From an uncultured Bacilli bacterium (GTDB lineage Bacteria > Bacillota_I > Bacilli_A > RF39 > UBA660), in assembly GCA_963931185.1 (NCBI GenBank), contig OZ006981.1, forward strand, positions 929,626-993,625: DNA of 64,000 bases, given 5' to 3'. Below the pieces are notes generated by a model. It was not told the DNA's origin. It did no database searches and saw only the letters and a program-made list of their open reading frames with translations. Positions 1 through 9,940 of the stretch are shown piece by piece. Every line of letters begins with the position of its first letter. The first letter of the stretch is position 1. Made by a program: the position numbers and the translations under genes.

Positions 1-608
1 GTTATAATTTTTAAATCATTTTTTAAATTCTCAAAACCTTCAGTAGTGCTATAAATATCGGCAAAATTAGTAGGTAAAAAAGCATAATCTAACTCTTTTT
101 CATAAAGTGCAGTAATCATAGTTGTATAATTATCAAAGTCAACAATATTGTTATTCTTAGATAAATTTTCACTAGAAATAATTTCTAATGCTAATTCTCT
201 TAATTTATCACCTTCATCATTATTTGATATAATACCGATGTTAGCATCTTTTAAAGTTATTAGATCAATATCATCACGTTCTGATAGAGTAACTAAACTA
301 GTAGAATATATAACATTTTTATTTAAATTAGAAAAATAAGTATATATTTTATTTAAATAAAAACTTGAAATTATATAGGTGATAGTAATTATTATTAAAA
401 AAGTATTATATATCTTTTTTTTCTTTTTATTATTAAAAAATAATTTTATAAAAATAAAAATATCTAATAAAAAAATAATAAATATAACACAATATCTAAG
501 CATTGTTTCAATTTGACTAAATTTGTAAATAGAACGTATTAAATAAATACTCAAAAGAATACATAATAAAGAGATTATTCCCATTATTTTTATCTTTTTT
601 TTCTTCAT
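1..608 (-). CDS. Membrane-anchored extracytoplasmic protein, N-terminal part (gene runs off left edge); possibly LytR-CpsA-Psr-type envelope protein
   Basis: Absent from the ORF track because it has no stop in the window. Manual minus-strand translation starts at ATG (complement of 606-608), preceded by AAGGAGGTT (complement of 612-620). It gives MKKKKIKIMGIISLLCILLSIYLIR..., a second hydrophobic stretch, then ...LSERDDIDLITLKDANIGIISNNDEGDKLRELALEIISSENL...YTTMITALYEKELDYAFLPTNFADIY, open to base 1. The family call is loose resemblance only. Confidence 0.5.
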   Translation of the reverse strand, partial: MKKKKIKIMGIISLLCILLSIYLIRSIYKFSQIETMLRYCVIFIIFLLDIFIFIKLFFNNKKKKKIYNTFLIIITITYIISSFYLNKIYTYFSNLNKNVIYSTSLVTLSERDDIDLITLKDANIGIISNNDEGDKLRELALEIISSENLSKNNNIVDFDNYTTMITALYEKELDYAFLPTNFADIYSTTEGFENLKNDLKII

Positions 609-644
609 AAAACCTCCTTGTAAAAGAATTAAAAAAAGAAGATG

Positions 645-2111
645 TTATTTCTTTTCTTTTTTTCTTTTGTTCTTTTTCTTTTCTAATGAAATATCATCTT
701 CTATTTTATCACTATTTTTATAAAATTGACTACTATCTTCTAATAAATTTGCAACTTCTATATCATTTTCTGTAAACTTATCTTTTTCTTCAAAAAATTT
801 TTGATTGCTTTTTTTCTTTTTTATGGTCTTTTGTTCCTTTTTTAACATTGTTATTAATAAATATGTATAAGTTACTACTAGTATAGTTCCCATTCCAATG
901 ATAATATATTCATAAATTCTATTTTTATCTCTTATATTGTCAGTTTCTTCTTTGTCTTGCTCATTAAATAATTGAATGGTATTTTCTTTTGAATCATATT
1001 GATATAAATTAGTAAATCCATTCTCAATATTTTTTGCGTAAATTAAATAAAAATTTGATGAAGAATCTTTTTGATAAGCAGTTAATTCTTGACCGTTTAT
1101 TTTTATTTTTACTTCTTTATAACCAGAAGGAATAGATGAAATTTTTTCTTCAGTTACAATTATTTTGTTAAAAGAAAATTCCCTATATAAAGTATATGCA
1201 TCATTATTATAAGAATAAAGAGCGATATTGCCTTCAGAATCAGTTAACCCAACTAAAGTAACATTAGTAACTTCATTTATGAAAGCTGGAACTTCTTCTT
1301 CATTTATTTTTATATTTGTTTCTTTATACATTGAATTTGGGGAAGTAATAAGTTCTTTTTTTCTAACTACATTGTATTGCTTTCCATTAACATCTACAAC
1401 AATAGGTGTAAGCTCTTTAACAGTAACACTCAATGTATAAGTTCTAGTACTACCGTTTTGTGCAGTAACAATAACATTTATTTTGTTTATACCTTCATTC
1501 AAAGTATGTGTTCCAAGGCCAGTGACAGAAGCTTTAGAATCATCTTTAGAACCTAAAATATTAATTGAACGAATATCATTTTCTAATGTTAATGAATACT
1601 CTAAAGTATCTTTGTTAAAAGAAGGTGAAATATTATAACCATCAACACTAAGACTAGATAAATAATTATTTTTACTATAACTTGCTTCTAATTCAGCTTG
1701 GGTTATAATGCTGATTGTTTTGGACGTGGTTTTATTCATACTTAAATTATTTCCATCCCAATCTAGAGCTTCATTAATAACGAAAGATACGGTTGCATTT
1801 CCTCTAGCTTTAGCTTTAAATTTAAATGTATAAGTTGCTGATTTTTCCTTACCAGAGAAAACAGGCGCAGCATTTAATGTTCCACTTACTAAAGTCAATT
1901 TTGATGTATCATAATTAAATTTATAAACTAAACTACCAAGTAGTGAAGATGATGATATTTTAACAGTATATGTAACATAATTACCTACGACAGCTTTACT
2001 AGTACTAGAAGTTAAACGAACAGAAGCGCTAGCAGCATCACACTTTGTAGTATTATAAGTAATTGTTATTGTAAATAATAAAATAAAAAATATCTTTTTT
2101 AATAACTTCAT
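645..2111 (-). CDS. Surface protein: signal peptide, cohesin-like module, cadherin-like beta-sandwich module, C-terminal TM anchor
   Basis: 488-aa ORF. Signal peptide MKLLKKIFFILLFTITITYNTTKCDA. Cohesin-like pattern VVGNYVTYTVKISSSSLLGSLVYKFNYDTSKLTLVSG...ARGNATVSFVINEALDWDGN. Cadherin-like module LSSLSVDGYNISPSFNKDTLEYSLTLENDIRSINILG...INVIVTAQNGSTRTYTLSVTV. TM helix IYEYIIIGMGTILVVTYTYLLITML followed by a Lys-rich tail. Confidence 0.75.
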   Translation of the reverse strand: MKLLKKIFFILLFTITITYNTTKCDAASASVRLTSSTSKAVVGNYVTYTVKISSSSLLGSLVYKFNYDTSKLTLVSGTLNAAPVFSGKEKSATYTFKFKAKARGNATVSFVINEALDWDGNNLSMNKTTSKTISIITQAELEASYSKNNYLSSLSVDGYNISPSFNKDTLEYSLTLENDIRSINILGSKDDSKASVTGLGTHTLNEGINKINVIVTAQNGSTRTYTLSVTVKELTPIVVDVNGKQYNVVRKKELITSPNSMYKETNIKINEEEVPAFINEVTNVTLVGLTDSEGNIALYSYNNDAYTLYREFSFNKIIVTEEKISSIPSGYKEVKIKINGQELTAYQKDSSSNFYLIYAKNIENGFTNLYQYDSKENTIQLFNEQDKEETDNIRDKNRIYEYIIIGMGTILVVTYTYLLITMLKKEQKTIKKKKSNQKFFEEKDKFTENDIEVANLLEDSSQFYKNSDKIEDDISLEKKKNKRKKEKK

Positions 2112-2124
2112 GTAACCTCCTTAA

Positions 2125-4179
2125 CTATTGTTGACTAATGTTTATGTATCCTAAGATGTGTTTTTGAACTTGTAATAAATCATATGCTGAAACATTAGAA
2201 TCTTTATTTATATCAGTGGCTCTATAATATGGACCTAATAAAGTAGTATAACCTAAAATATGTTTTTGAATATTAAGTAGATCGATGGCTGAAATATTAC
2301 CATCACCACTATTATCACCAAAAATAACAACTTCTAAAGTTTTTGAATCTCCATTTATAGAAATAGTTACTTTATCACCAGTAACGATAGTTCCTTCATT
2401 TTTTATTTGATTATCACGATTTTGAATATTAATACTTACTGTTTTATAATCTTTTGTTAAAGTGTTAATTAATCCTGAAACATCAGTTGCCAAAGTTATG
2501 TTCCATAAGTAATAATCGTCATACTTTAATCCGCTTGAATTTAAAACATCAGTAACAGTATACTTTAATTCTTCATCTATATTTTCTTCTTCTTCTCTAT
2601 TTATTGTAATATTATAAGTTTTTACATCGCCATTTTGAGCTGTAACTGTTATTGTAAAAGTTGTTTTATCACCTGTTAATTTTTTTTGTCCTATTCCTTC
2701 TATTTTAGCATTGCTATTAACTGTTGAAGCATCGATTGTAACGCTGTCAGAATATGGAACAGTAACAGAATATTCAACAGTTCCACCGCTGAAATTTGTA
2801 ACTAAAGTATTATTTACTTTTAATTCTTTAAGCCAATTATTAGGATTACCTAAATTAGGAAGAGTAGTAGATTCAGGCATATTTTCATAAATAGGTATAG
2901 AAAAAGAAAATTCTTGTTCTAAAATTCCCATACTTCTATATGAAGAAAAAGTAGTAGATGCTGGACTTAATCGAGAAATTATATTTGTATCATATTGGTG
3001 CCAAATACCTTTAGTAGCTGTAGGTGATAGATTAAAACGTTGAAAATAAGAAGTATATTGACCACACATAATATAATTGTAAGCAATAAGATAAGTTCCT
3101 TCAATAATAGAAATTCTTGGGTTATTCCACTTATATTCTTTTGCTGCTTGTAATGATTTTAACTTAGGATCAGGAGAAGAACTAGCACCATGATTAAAAA
3201 AATTGTAGTATCCTGTATAATCAACTCCATCTGATAAAACACCAGCTTTACCATTAGTAACTATATTTGTATCACTAAGACCAACTTCTTGTCTTGATAG
3301 TGATGCAAGAAACATCGGTGACACATTATAAGTTTGAGCAGCTTCTAAAAAATATTGTGAATATTGTTGCATAAACTCAGAAGTCAAAATCTTATTTATT
3401 GTATCTATATTTTGATAACTTGGATCATATAATAAATCCTCAAACATAAAAACATAATTTTCAGTTAAAAAATTTCTTGGATCTATATAATATCCTATCG
3501 TTTGAATATTTGCTTGAAACCAATAAACACCATCATGTGCAAAAAAAGTATCAGTTGCAAAATCATAATCCCCAGGAGCTGTTGATAAATATCCTTCAAG
3601 GCCTTTTTCTTTTGCTGATTGATTTACATTATACAAATTTCTTCCCTGTTCACCTTCTAAAGATAATACCTCATCCCAAGTATATTCAGTTTTAACACCT
3701 TTAAAAATCCAAGTCGGATGGATTTTATGTAATGCTCTCAACTTTACTTTATAACTTTCTGGAAATCCTTGACTATCTAGATAAGCTTCAAATTCTTCTT
3801 CAGTCATATTTGCCATCTCAGAAGAAGCAGGTGGGGTAGGATTTTCAACTATTTCTGTTTCAATATCTTCAATGTAAGTGGAGCAAATATAACCAGTATA
3901 AGATAAGTTTGTATCATCGTAAATTATTTGTGCCCATTCATCTTCACAACCGCTATCATTACCACCATCGACATATGAAAGAATTGTAACTCTTGCATTA
4001 TGTGGAACACCAGCTATTCTGTCATACGATGTTCCTGGTCCACTTCTTAATTTAACCCCAGTAGTAGAAGATATTCTACCTGTTACTTTTTCTTCCGCAA
4101 ACACAGGAAATGTTAATAAAAAGAAAACAAAAATACTAGCAAAAAATATAATTCCAACATTAAAATTGCTTTTTTTCAT
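2125..4179 (-). CDS. Secreted cell-wall hydrolase-like protein: SH3b, GH73-like glucosaminidase region, cadherin-like module, C-terminal dockerin
   Basis: Start moved to MKKSNF (GGAGG 8 nt upstream on the minus strand). SH3b-like GVKLRSGPGTSYDRIAGVPHNARVTILSY. Central region has YIDPRNFL, ASLSRQEVG and YNFFNHGA (GH73-type pattern, from memory). Cadherin-like FTITVTAQNGDVKTYNITI. Two dockerin Ca-binding repeats: GDNSGDGNISAIDLLNIQKHILGY and DINKDSNVSAYDLLQVQKHILGY. Confidence 0.8.
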   Translation of the reverse strand: MKKSNFNVGIIFFASIFVFFLLTFPVFAEEKVTGRISSTTGVKLRSGPGTSYDRIAGVPHNARVTILSYVDGGNDSGCEDEWAQIIYDDTNLSYTGYICSTYIEDIETEIVENPTPPASSEMANMTEEEFEAYLDSQGFPESYKVKLRALHKIHPTWIFKGVKTEYTWDEVLSLEGEQGRNLYNVNQSAKEKGLEGYLSTAPGDYDFATDTFFAHDGVYWFQANIQTIGYYIDPRNFLTENYVFMFEDLLYDPSYQNIDTINKILTSEFMQQYSQYFLEAAQTYNVSPMFLASLSRQEVGLSDTNIVTNGKAGVLSDGVDYTGYYNFFNHGASSSPDPKLKSLQAAKEYKWNNPRISIIEGTYLIAYNYIMCGQYTSYFQRFNLSPTATKGIWHQYDTNIISRLSPASTTFSSYRSMGILEQEFSFSIPIYENMPESTTLPNLGNPNNWLKELKVNNTLVTNFSGGTVEYSVTVPYSDSVTIDASTVNSNAKIEGIGQKKLTGDKTTFTITVTAQNGDVKTYNITINREEEENIDEELKYTVTDVLNSSGLKYDDYYLWNITLATDVSGLINTLTKDYKTVSINIQNRDNQIKNEGTIVTGDKVTISINGDSKTLEVVIFGDNSGDGNISAIDLLNIQKHILGYTTLLGPYYRATDINKDSNVSAYDLLQVQKHILGYINISQQ

Positions 4180-4376
4180 AAACACCTCCAATTATATATT
4201 CTAGTATATATAATTATATAACATAATAAAAAAAGAGTCTACTTTTGGGAAGTACTCTTTTAATTTGATAACAAAACTAGACAAAAATTTACATCTAATA
4301 AAAACTTAATTAAATTGTAACTAATACTTAAAAAAAATTAAATAATTTGGTAAAATATATATATGGAGAAATTATT

Positions 4377-6437
4377 ATGGAAAAAAATAAATATTTAATA
4401 TCATTTATTATTGGTCAAATATTATTAATTATTGCAAGTATAATTGATTTAAAATATTATATAGCAATTAAAAACGTAATCGTAATATTAGAATTAATTT
4501 ACTTTTTTTATATTGACTATAATAAAAAGCAAATATTAACAATAGTATCATTGATATCGTTAATGACCTTATTATCCATAGTACTCAATACTGATTATTT
4601 AGACTTTATGAATTGCATTTATTTTTTATTAACTTTTTTATTTTTAAAAAATATGCATTCTAAAATAAAACTAAAAAGAATTATATTTTATCATTTGTCT
4701 TTAACAGCTACTATTATTTTAGGTTTATTACTTAATTTATCATATTTTTCTGAAAATAGCATTATTTTATATATAATATTTTTATTATTTCCAATTATTT
4801 TTAGTTATTTTGATAAAAAAATAAGTGCTTTTAACATATTAGCAATATTGGTTTCTATAATATCATTATCCTATTCAGCAAACCTTATAATTATTATATT
4901 TCAACTATTAATTTTAATTATATTTTTGCTTTATTATCTATTAAACATTAAAGAAAAAAAACAACATTTGTTCCTTATTTTATTTTATATTTTATTAGTA
5001 GTCATCCTTTTAATTAATAATCAAAATATACTGTATAATCCAATTAATAATTTAAATTTTAACATTTCAAACCTATTAATTAACTTTGTTTGTTTTATAC
5101 CATATTTAATTTCTACAATCAAAGCGTTAAAATCACTTTTTAAAACAAAAAAAATTCTTTCCTTTAATGTAATTTGTCTAATTATATCTATATTAAACGT
5201 CTACATTTTATTAATATTTAATGCAGTTATTTCTTCTTTCATATTAGTTTTAATTACTTGCTATATTTTATTTTATTTAGAAAATTTAATAGATAATTTT
5301 TTAAAAGAGAAAAAAGAAAATTCAATAACAATAATGGCTCTTCACTTAGGATATGGAGGAATTGAGCAATACATTTCATCGCTTTGCAAAATGTTAGATA
5401 TAAAATATCAAATAGAAATAATATCAACATATAAAGTATTAGATAAACCAGCATTTTATTTCGATAATAAAATAGATATAAAATATTTAATAAATACTAA
5501 ACCTAATAAGGAAGAATTAAAAAAATCTTTAAAAGAAAAAAAATATTTTACCACTCTAAAAGAAGGAATAAAATCTTTAATATTGCTGTATAGAAAAAAA
5601 TATTTAAATATTGAATATATTGAAAACATAAAAAGTAAGTATATAATAACTACTAGGGATTTTCATAATCGTCTTGTAGGAGAATATGCTGATCCAACAA
5701 TTATAAAAATAGCAACAGAACATAACTATCATAACAATAATAAAAAATATATTAAAAAAATTGTTAATTCAGTAAAAAAAGTTAATTACTTTGTTTTAGT
5801 TTCTAAAACATTACAAGAATTTTATAAAGATAAAGTAAATACTAAATGTATATATATACCAAATGCATTAGACTACCTTCCTAAGAAAAAAAGTAACTGT
5901 CAATCTCATAATTTAATAAGTATTGGGAGATTATCGAAAGAAAAAGGACAACTTGATTTGTTAAAAGTAGTGACACTATTAAAAAAAGATTATAAAGATA
6001 TAAAACTATATCTAATTGGTGATGGCGAAGAAAAAAATAATCTAAAAAAATATATAAATAGCCACAATTTGAAGAAAAATGTTATTTTAACTGGTTTTCT
6101 TTCTAAAAATGAGATAGAATTAAAAATGTTAGATAGTTCAATATTTGTTACAACTTCTTATACAGAATCTTTTGGATTAGCAGTATTAGAAGCTTGTAGC
6201 TATAAAGTACCAATAGTAGCTTTTGATAGTGCTGAAGGAGTAAAGACACTATTAAAAAATGATTGCGGAATTCTTATTGCGAAAAGGGATAAAATAAAAA
6301 TGAAAAATGCTATTGTTAAATTGTTTGAAGATAAAAAGTATCGAGACAAAATAGCTAAGAACGGCTATGAAAATTCCCTTAATTATTCGCTAGATAATGT
6401 ATCAAAATTATGGTTTGATTTACTTGATAAAAGGTGA
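4377..6437 (+). CDS. Fusion of a polytopic membrane domain (~330 aa) to a GT4-family glycosyltransferase
   Basis: The N-terminal two-fifths is almost entirely hydrophobic helices. The C-terminal part has GT4/GT-B hallmarks: SIGRLSKEKGQLDLL, LIGDGEE and TSYTESFGLAVLEACSYKVPIVAFDS. ATG 4377 preferred (GGAGA upstream). Confidence 0.85.
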   Translation: MEKNKYLISFIIGQILLIIASIIDLKYYIAIKNVIVILELIYFFYIDYNKKQILTIVSLISLMTLLSIVLNTDYLDFMNCIYFLLTFLFLKNMHSKIKLKRIIFYHLSLTATIILGLLLNLSYFSENSIILYIIFLLFPIIFSYFDKKISAFNILAILVSIISLSYSANLIIIIFQLLILIIFLLYYLLNIKEKKQHLFLILFYILLVVILLINNQNILYNPINNLNFNISNLLINFVCFIPYLISTIKALKSLFKTKKILSFNVICLIISILNVYILLIFNAVISSFILVLITCYILFYLENLIDNFLKEKKENSITIMALHLGYGGIEQYISSLCKMLDIKYQIEIISTYKVLDKPAFYFDNKIDIKYLINTKPNKEELKKSLKEKKYFTTLKEGIKSLILLYRKKYLNIEYIENIKSKYIITTRDFHNRLVGEYADPTIIKIATEHNYHNNNKKYIKKIVNSVKKVNYFVLVSKTLQEFYKDKVNTKCIYIPNALDYLPKKKSNCQSHNLISIGRLSKEKGQLDLLKVVTLLKKDYKDIKLYLIGDGEEKNNLKKYINSHNLKKNVILTGFLSKNEIELKMLDSSIFVTTSYTESFGLAVLEACSYKVPIVAFDSAEGVKTLLKNDCGILIAKRDKIKMKNAIVKLFEDKKYRDKIAKNGYENSLNYSLDNVSKLWFDLLDKR

Positions 6438-6441
6438 TGTT

Positions 6442-6921
6442 ATGAAAAAACAAAAAAAAGTATTGTTTATATCTTCAACAGGTGGACACTTATCTGAAAT
6501 GTTAAGATTATCTCCAATGTTCGAAAAATATGATTATCATATTATAACAGAAAAAACTAAATCAAATATGGGATTATTAGAAAAATATCCTAATAGAGTT
6601 AATTTCTTAGTTTATGGAACTAAAAGTCATTTTTTTACTTATCCTTTTAAATTATTATATAATACAATAAAAAGTTTAGTTTTATATTGTAAAATAAAAC
6701 CTAAAGTAATTATTACAACGGGAGCTCATACGGCAGGTCCAATGTGCATAATTGGGAAAATTTTTGGAAGTAAAATAATATATATTGAAACATTAGCTAA
6801 TAGTAACACCAAGACTGTAACTGGCAGAATTATCTATCATTTTGCAGATTTATTTATCGTTCAATGGGAAAGTATGTTAAAACTATATCCTAAAGCTAAA
6901 TATTGGGGGTGGATATATTGA
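6442..6921 (+). CDS. Alg14-like glycosyltransferase membrane/accessory subunit (PssD/Cps14F-type)
   Basis: KKVLFISSTGGHLSEMLRL...IITTGAHTAGPMCIIGKIFGSKIIYIET is typical of the Alg14-like half of a split GT. ATG 6442 follows AAGGTGA. Confidence 0.8.
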   Translation: MKKQKKVLFISSTGGHLSEMLRLSPMFEKYDYHIITEKTKSNMGLLEKYPNRVNFLVYGTKSHFFTYPFKLLYNTIKSLVLYCKIKPKVIITTGAHTAGPMCIIGKIFGSKIIYIETLANSNTKTVTGRIIYHFADLFIVQWESMLKLYPKAKYWGWIY

Positions 6922-7397
6922 TATTAGTAACATTGGGTACTCAAGATAAAGGATTTGAAAGATTACTTGTTGCAATAGATCACGAAATAGATAATAAAAA
7001 GATTAAAGATAAAGTAATAGTGCAAGCTGGTTGTACAAAGTATGAAAGTAAAAATATGGAAATATTTGATTTAATACCAAATGATAAGTTTGAAGAATTA
7101 ATTACAAAATGCGATTTACTTATTACTCATGGTGGTGTAGGATCAATATTATCAGGATTATTGCATGGTAAAGTTGTAATAGCAGCACCAAGACTTGCTA
7201 AATATAATGAGCATGTTAACGATCATCAGTTACAAATCATCGAAAATCTCGGAAAGAAAAAATATATTTTAGTATTAAAAGATTTTACAAAAATAGGCAA
7301 AATATTAGAAAAAGCAAAAGATTTTAAACCAAAAAAGTTTGTTAGCAATACAGAAAATATAATTAAAAACTTAGAAGATTATATCGATAGCATTTAG
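6903..7397 (+). CDS. Alg13-like glycosyltransferase catalytic subunit (GT28 C-terminal type, PssE/Cps14G-type)
   Basis: ILVTLGTQDKGFERLL...LITHGGVGSILSGLLHGKVVIAAPRLAKYNEHVNDHQLQI. Overlaps the Alg14-like stop. The true start is probably GTG 6909 or TTG 6918. Confidence 0.8.
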   Translation: MGVDILILVTLGTQDKGFERLLVAIDHEIDNKKIKDKVIVQAGCTKYESKNMEIFDLIPNDKFEELITKCDLLITHGGVGSILSGLLHGKVVIAAPRLAKYNEHVNDHQLQIIENLGKKKYILVLKDFTKIGKILEKAKDFKPKKFVSNTENIIKNLEDYIDSI

Positions 7398-7405
7398 AGG
7401 TAGTT

Positions 7406-8881
7406 ATGAAAGAGAGAATGGAAGTTTTAGATTTTAAATATAAAATAGTAGTTTTTACTTTTCTTTTTTTCTTTATAATTAGTTCATTAGCTCCGATTAG
7501 TGGTGCCGACTGGACAAGTTATTTAATTGGAAAAGAAGGAATTATTAATTCAATAAACAATATAAGTTTCAATGATGGTAGAATTATAAGTGGATTTTTG
7601 ATAAACTTTTTGACATACAATAAGTTTTTATTTAATTTAATATTTTCTGTCTTAATGAGTTTGTTTGTCTATTATTGCAATAATTTATTAGGTTATGTAA
7701 AAAATAAATATTATTATATATTTCCATTTTTAGGAACTATTTTGGTTTCAACTTTTACATTTTCTTACAATTATTTGTCAGTAACTTCGACAGTTACTTA
7801 TACATTTTCTATATTAATGATATTTATATATTATATGTATTTATTTAATAAAGAAACTCTAGTAATTAATATTAAAGAATTGATTATTTTATTGTTAATA
7901 ACTATATATATATCTCTTTCATCTATTCATCTATCATTTATATTTCTATTTGGCAATATTTTCTTCTTTATTTATTTCTTCAGAAAAATAAAACAATCAT
8001 ATAAAAAATATTTATTAATAATAATTTTGCAAATAATATGTTTTATTTTATCCATGTATTTTGTAGATAAAACATTATTTTATAATAGTATAGAAATATC
8101 GTTAGCAAATTTATCTAATTATATAGATACAATTTTTTCTAAAAATATTATTTTATTTTTGCTAGGAGCTATACCAATTAATTATTATCTTAATGATAAA
8201 TTACAAAGCTGTATTTATAAAAGATTAATTATAACATTGTTTGATGTAATATTAATATTTAGCTTGACATATAACTTTTTTTACTATTCACCAGTGAACT
8301 TAAATTTAATAATTAACAAATATTTTGGTGTATTTGCTGTAGAAAATTGGTATTATATTTTTTATTTTATATTGTATATTTGTTTATTGTTTCTAAGTAT
8401 TCTTCATTTAATAAAGAATGTAAAGATAAAAAAATTTCTTATACTTTTATTTATAATAAGTTTTTTATCTAGTATTACAATTTTTATTTCACCAATTTGG
8501 GATGAAGGTACCAATATTATTATTGTATTTTTTATGATTATATCAATATCTACTCTATTAAAAGAATTGGAAATTAAAATATATCCTAAATTATTAATAT
8601 CTTTTGTAGGAATATTGGTAATTTATTATCTGTCTTTGCTAAGTATCACTAAATATATTGATATTACAAGAGAAGAATATATAGAAGAACAATTAAAATA
8701 CGAAGAAAATACCATAGTTGTTAAAGCTAACCCGATATATTTAATTTGGCGATATAATCCAACAAATGTTTTTCAACAAAAAGAATTTAAAAATTATTAT
8801 AATATTCCACAAAACAAATCATTAGAAGTTAAATACCTTGGGATATTTGAAAAAATTGAAAAGAAAGTAAAGGAAGATTAG
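7406..8881 (+). CDS. Large polytopic membrane protein, candidate GT-C-type glycosyltransferase or polymerase
   Basis: 491 aa, more than 10 predicted hydrophobic helices, soluble C-terminal ~80 aa. RBS AGAGG upstream. Sits directly before the GtrB-like GT2. Function is inferred from context only. Confidence 0.45.
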   Translation: MKERMEVLDFKYKIVVFTFLFFFIISSLAPISGADWTSYLIGKEGIINSINNISFNDGRIISGFLINFLTYNKFLFNLIFSVLMSLFVYYCNNLLGYVKNKYYYIFPFLGTILVSTFTFSYNYLSVTSTVTYTFSILMIFIYYMYLFNKETLVINIKELIILLLITIYISLSSIHLSFIFLFGNIFFFIYFFRKIKQSYKKYLLIIILQIICFILSMYFVDKTLFYNSIEISLANLSNYIDTIFSKNIILFLLGAIPINYYLNDKLQSCIYKRLIITLFDVILIFSLTYNFFYYSPVNLNLIINKYFGVFAVENWYYIFYFILYICLLFLSILHLIKNVKIKKFLILLFIISFLSSITIFISPIWDEGTNIIIVFFMIISISTLLKELEIKIYPKLLISFVGILVIYYLSLLSITKYIDITREEYIEEQLKYEENTIVVKANPIYLIWRYNPTNVFQQKEFKNYYNIPQNKSLEVKYLGIFEKIEKKVKED

Positions 8882-8882
8882 T

Positions 8883-9827
8883 ATGAAAAAGAAGATATCA
8901 ATTATAGTACCATGTTATAACGAAGAGGAGGCTCTGCCATTATTTTACAAAGAAATTAAAAAAATTGAAGAGAAGATGGAATATTTAAATTTTGAATATA
9001 TTTTTGTAAATGATGGATCAAAAGATAAAACATTAGAAATTTTAAGAAAATTTTCTAAAAAAGATGATAAGGCAAGATATATATCATTTTCTAGAAATTT
9101 TGGGAAAGAAGCTGCAATGCTTGCGGGTCTTGAATATTCAAGTGGTGATTATGTTACAATAATGGATGCTGATTTACAGGATCCACCACATTTATTAATT
9201 GAGATGTATAATGCTATTGAAAATGAGGGTTATGATTGTGTTGGTACTCGCCGTGTTACAAGAAAAGGAGAACCACCAATAAGAAGTTTTTTCGCAAGAA
9301 TGTTTTACAAGATTATAAATAAGATGTCTAAAACAGAAATGGTTGATGGTGCCAGAGATTTTAGATTGATGACAAGACAAATGGTTGATTCAATATTAGA
9401 ACTAAAAGAATATAATAGATATTCTAAAGGATTATTTAGTTTTGTTGGATATAAAACTAAATGGTTAGAATACGAAAATGTTGAACGTGTTGCTGGAACA
9501 ACCAAATGGAGCTTTTGGAAACTTTTAATTTATGCATTTGAAGGGATTATTGCCTTTTCAACAGTGCCTCTAGTTATTGCAGCAATTATAGGAATACTGT
9601 TTTTTATAGTATCATTTATTATGATTATTGTTATAATTGCTAAAACTTTAATGTTTGGAGATCCTGTTGGAGGATGGCCAAGTTTAGTATGTATTATTTT
9701 CTTTGTAAGTGGTGTTCAACTTTTCTGTTTAGGTATAATTGGTGCTTATCTTTCAAAAACTTATCTTGAAACAAAAAAAAGACCAATCTATATTGTAAAA
9801 GAAACTGAAAAAGATAAGAAAAAATAA
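8883..9827 (+). CDS. GT2 polyprenyl-phosphate glycosyltransferase (GtrB/CsbB-like)
   Basis: ISIIVPCYNEEEALP, VNDGSKDKT, MDADLQDPP and two C-terminal TM helices, the characteristic GtrB/CsbB architecture. Confidence 0.85.
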   Translation: MKKKISIIVPCYNEEEALPLFYKEIKKIEEKMEYLNFEYIFVNDGSKDKTLEILRKFSKKDDKARYISFSRNFGKEAAMLAGLEYSSGDYVTIMDADLQDPPHLLIEMYNAIENEGYDCVGTRRVTRKGEPPIRSFFARMFYKIINKMSKTEMVDGARDFRLMTRQMVDSILELKEYNRYSKGLFSFVGYKTKWLEYENVERVAGTTKWSFWKLLIYAFEGIIAFSTVPLVIAAIIGILFFIVSFIMIIVIIAKTLMFGDPVGGWPSLVCIIFFVSGVQLFCLGIIGAYLSKTYLETKKRPIYIVKETEKDKKK

Positions 9828-9838
9828 AAATATTATTA

Positions 9839-9876
9839 AAAAGTATTATAAAGTCGATTTTTTAATACTTTTTTTA
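9839..9876 (+). terminator. Rho-independent terminator after the glycan cluster
   Basis: AAAAGTATTA ... TAATACTTTT hairpin followed by a T-run. Confidence 0.6.
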
Positions 9877-9940
9877 ATGAAAAAAAATTAAAGCTATTAT
9901 ATAATAAATATATAATTAGTAATATAAAGAGAGTGATAAC

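Noticed and set aside
148-339. 63-aa plus-strand ORF from the track
   Set aside because: It lies antisense inside the longer minus-strand ORF (1-608), which has an RBS, TM segments and a plausible domain. It has no RBS of its own.
1228-1440. 70-aa plus-strand ORF, representative of the many short antisense ORFs in the track. The others start at 3477, 5254, 9195, 9305, 9951, 10717, 11536, 11977, 12483, 17495, 21272, 23447, 27419, 27456, 32961, 33325, 34557, 36608, 37296, 37468, 38935, 39171, 40083, 41274, 42106, 43771, 49609, 50234, 50800, 51404, 53953, 55093, 55823, 56788, 58413 and 62291.
   Set aside because: All are embedded in, and mostly antisense to (39171 is same-strand, out of frame), much longer ORFs with clear family motifs. 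They are low-complexity Ile/Leu/Phe/Ser-rich translations, as expected by chance in AT-rich DNA.
2125-4179. Interpreting the dockerin as evidence for a cellulosome
   Set aside because: The catalytic part looks like a peptidoglycan hydrolase with SH3b. No glycoside hydrolases for plant polymers and no multi-cohesin scaffoldin are present in the window.
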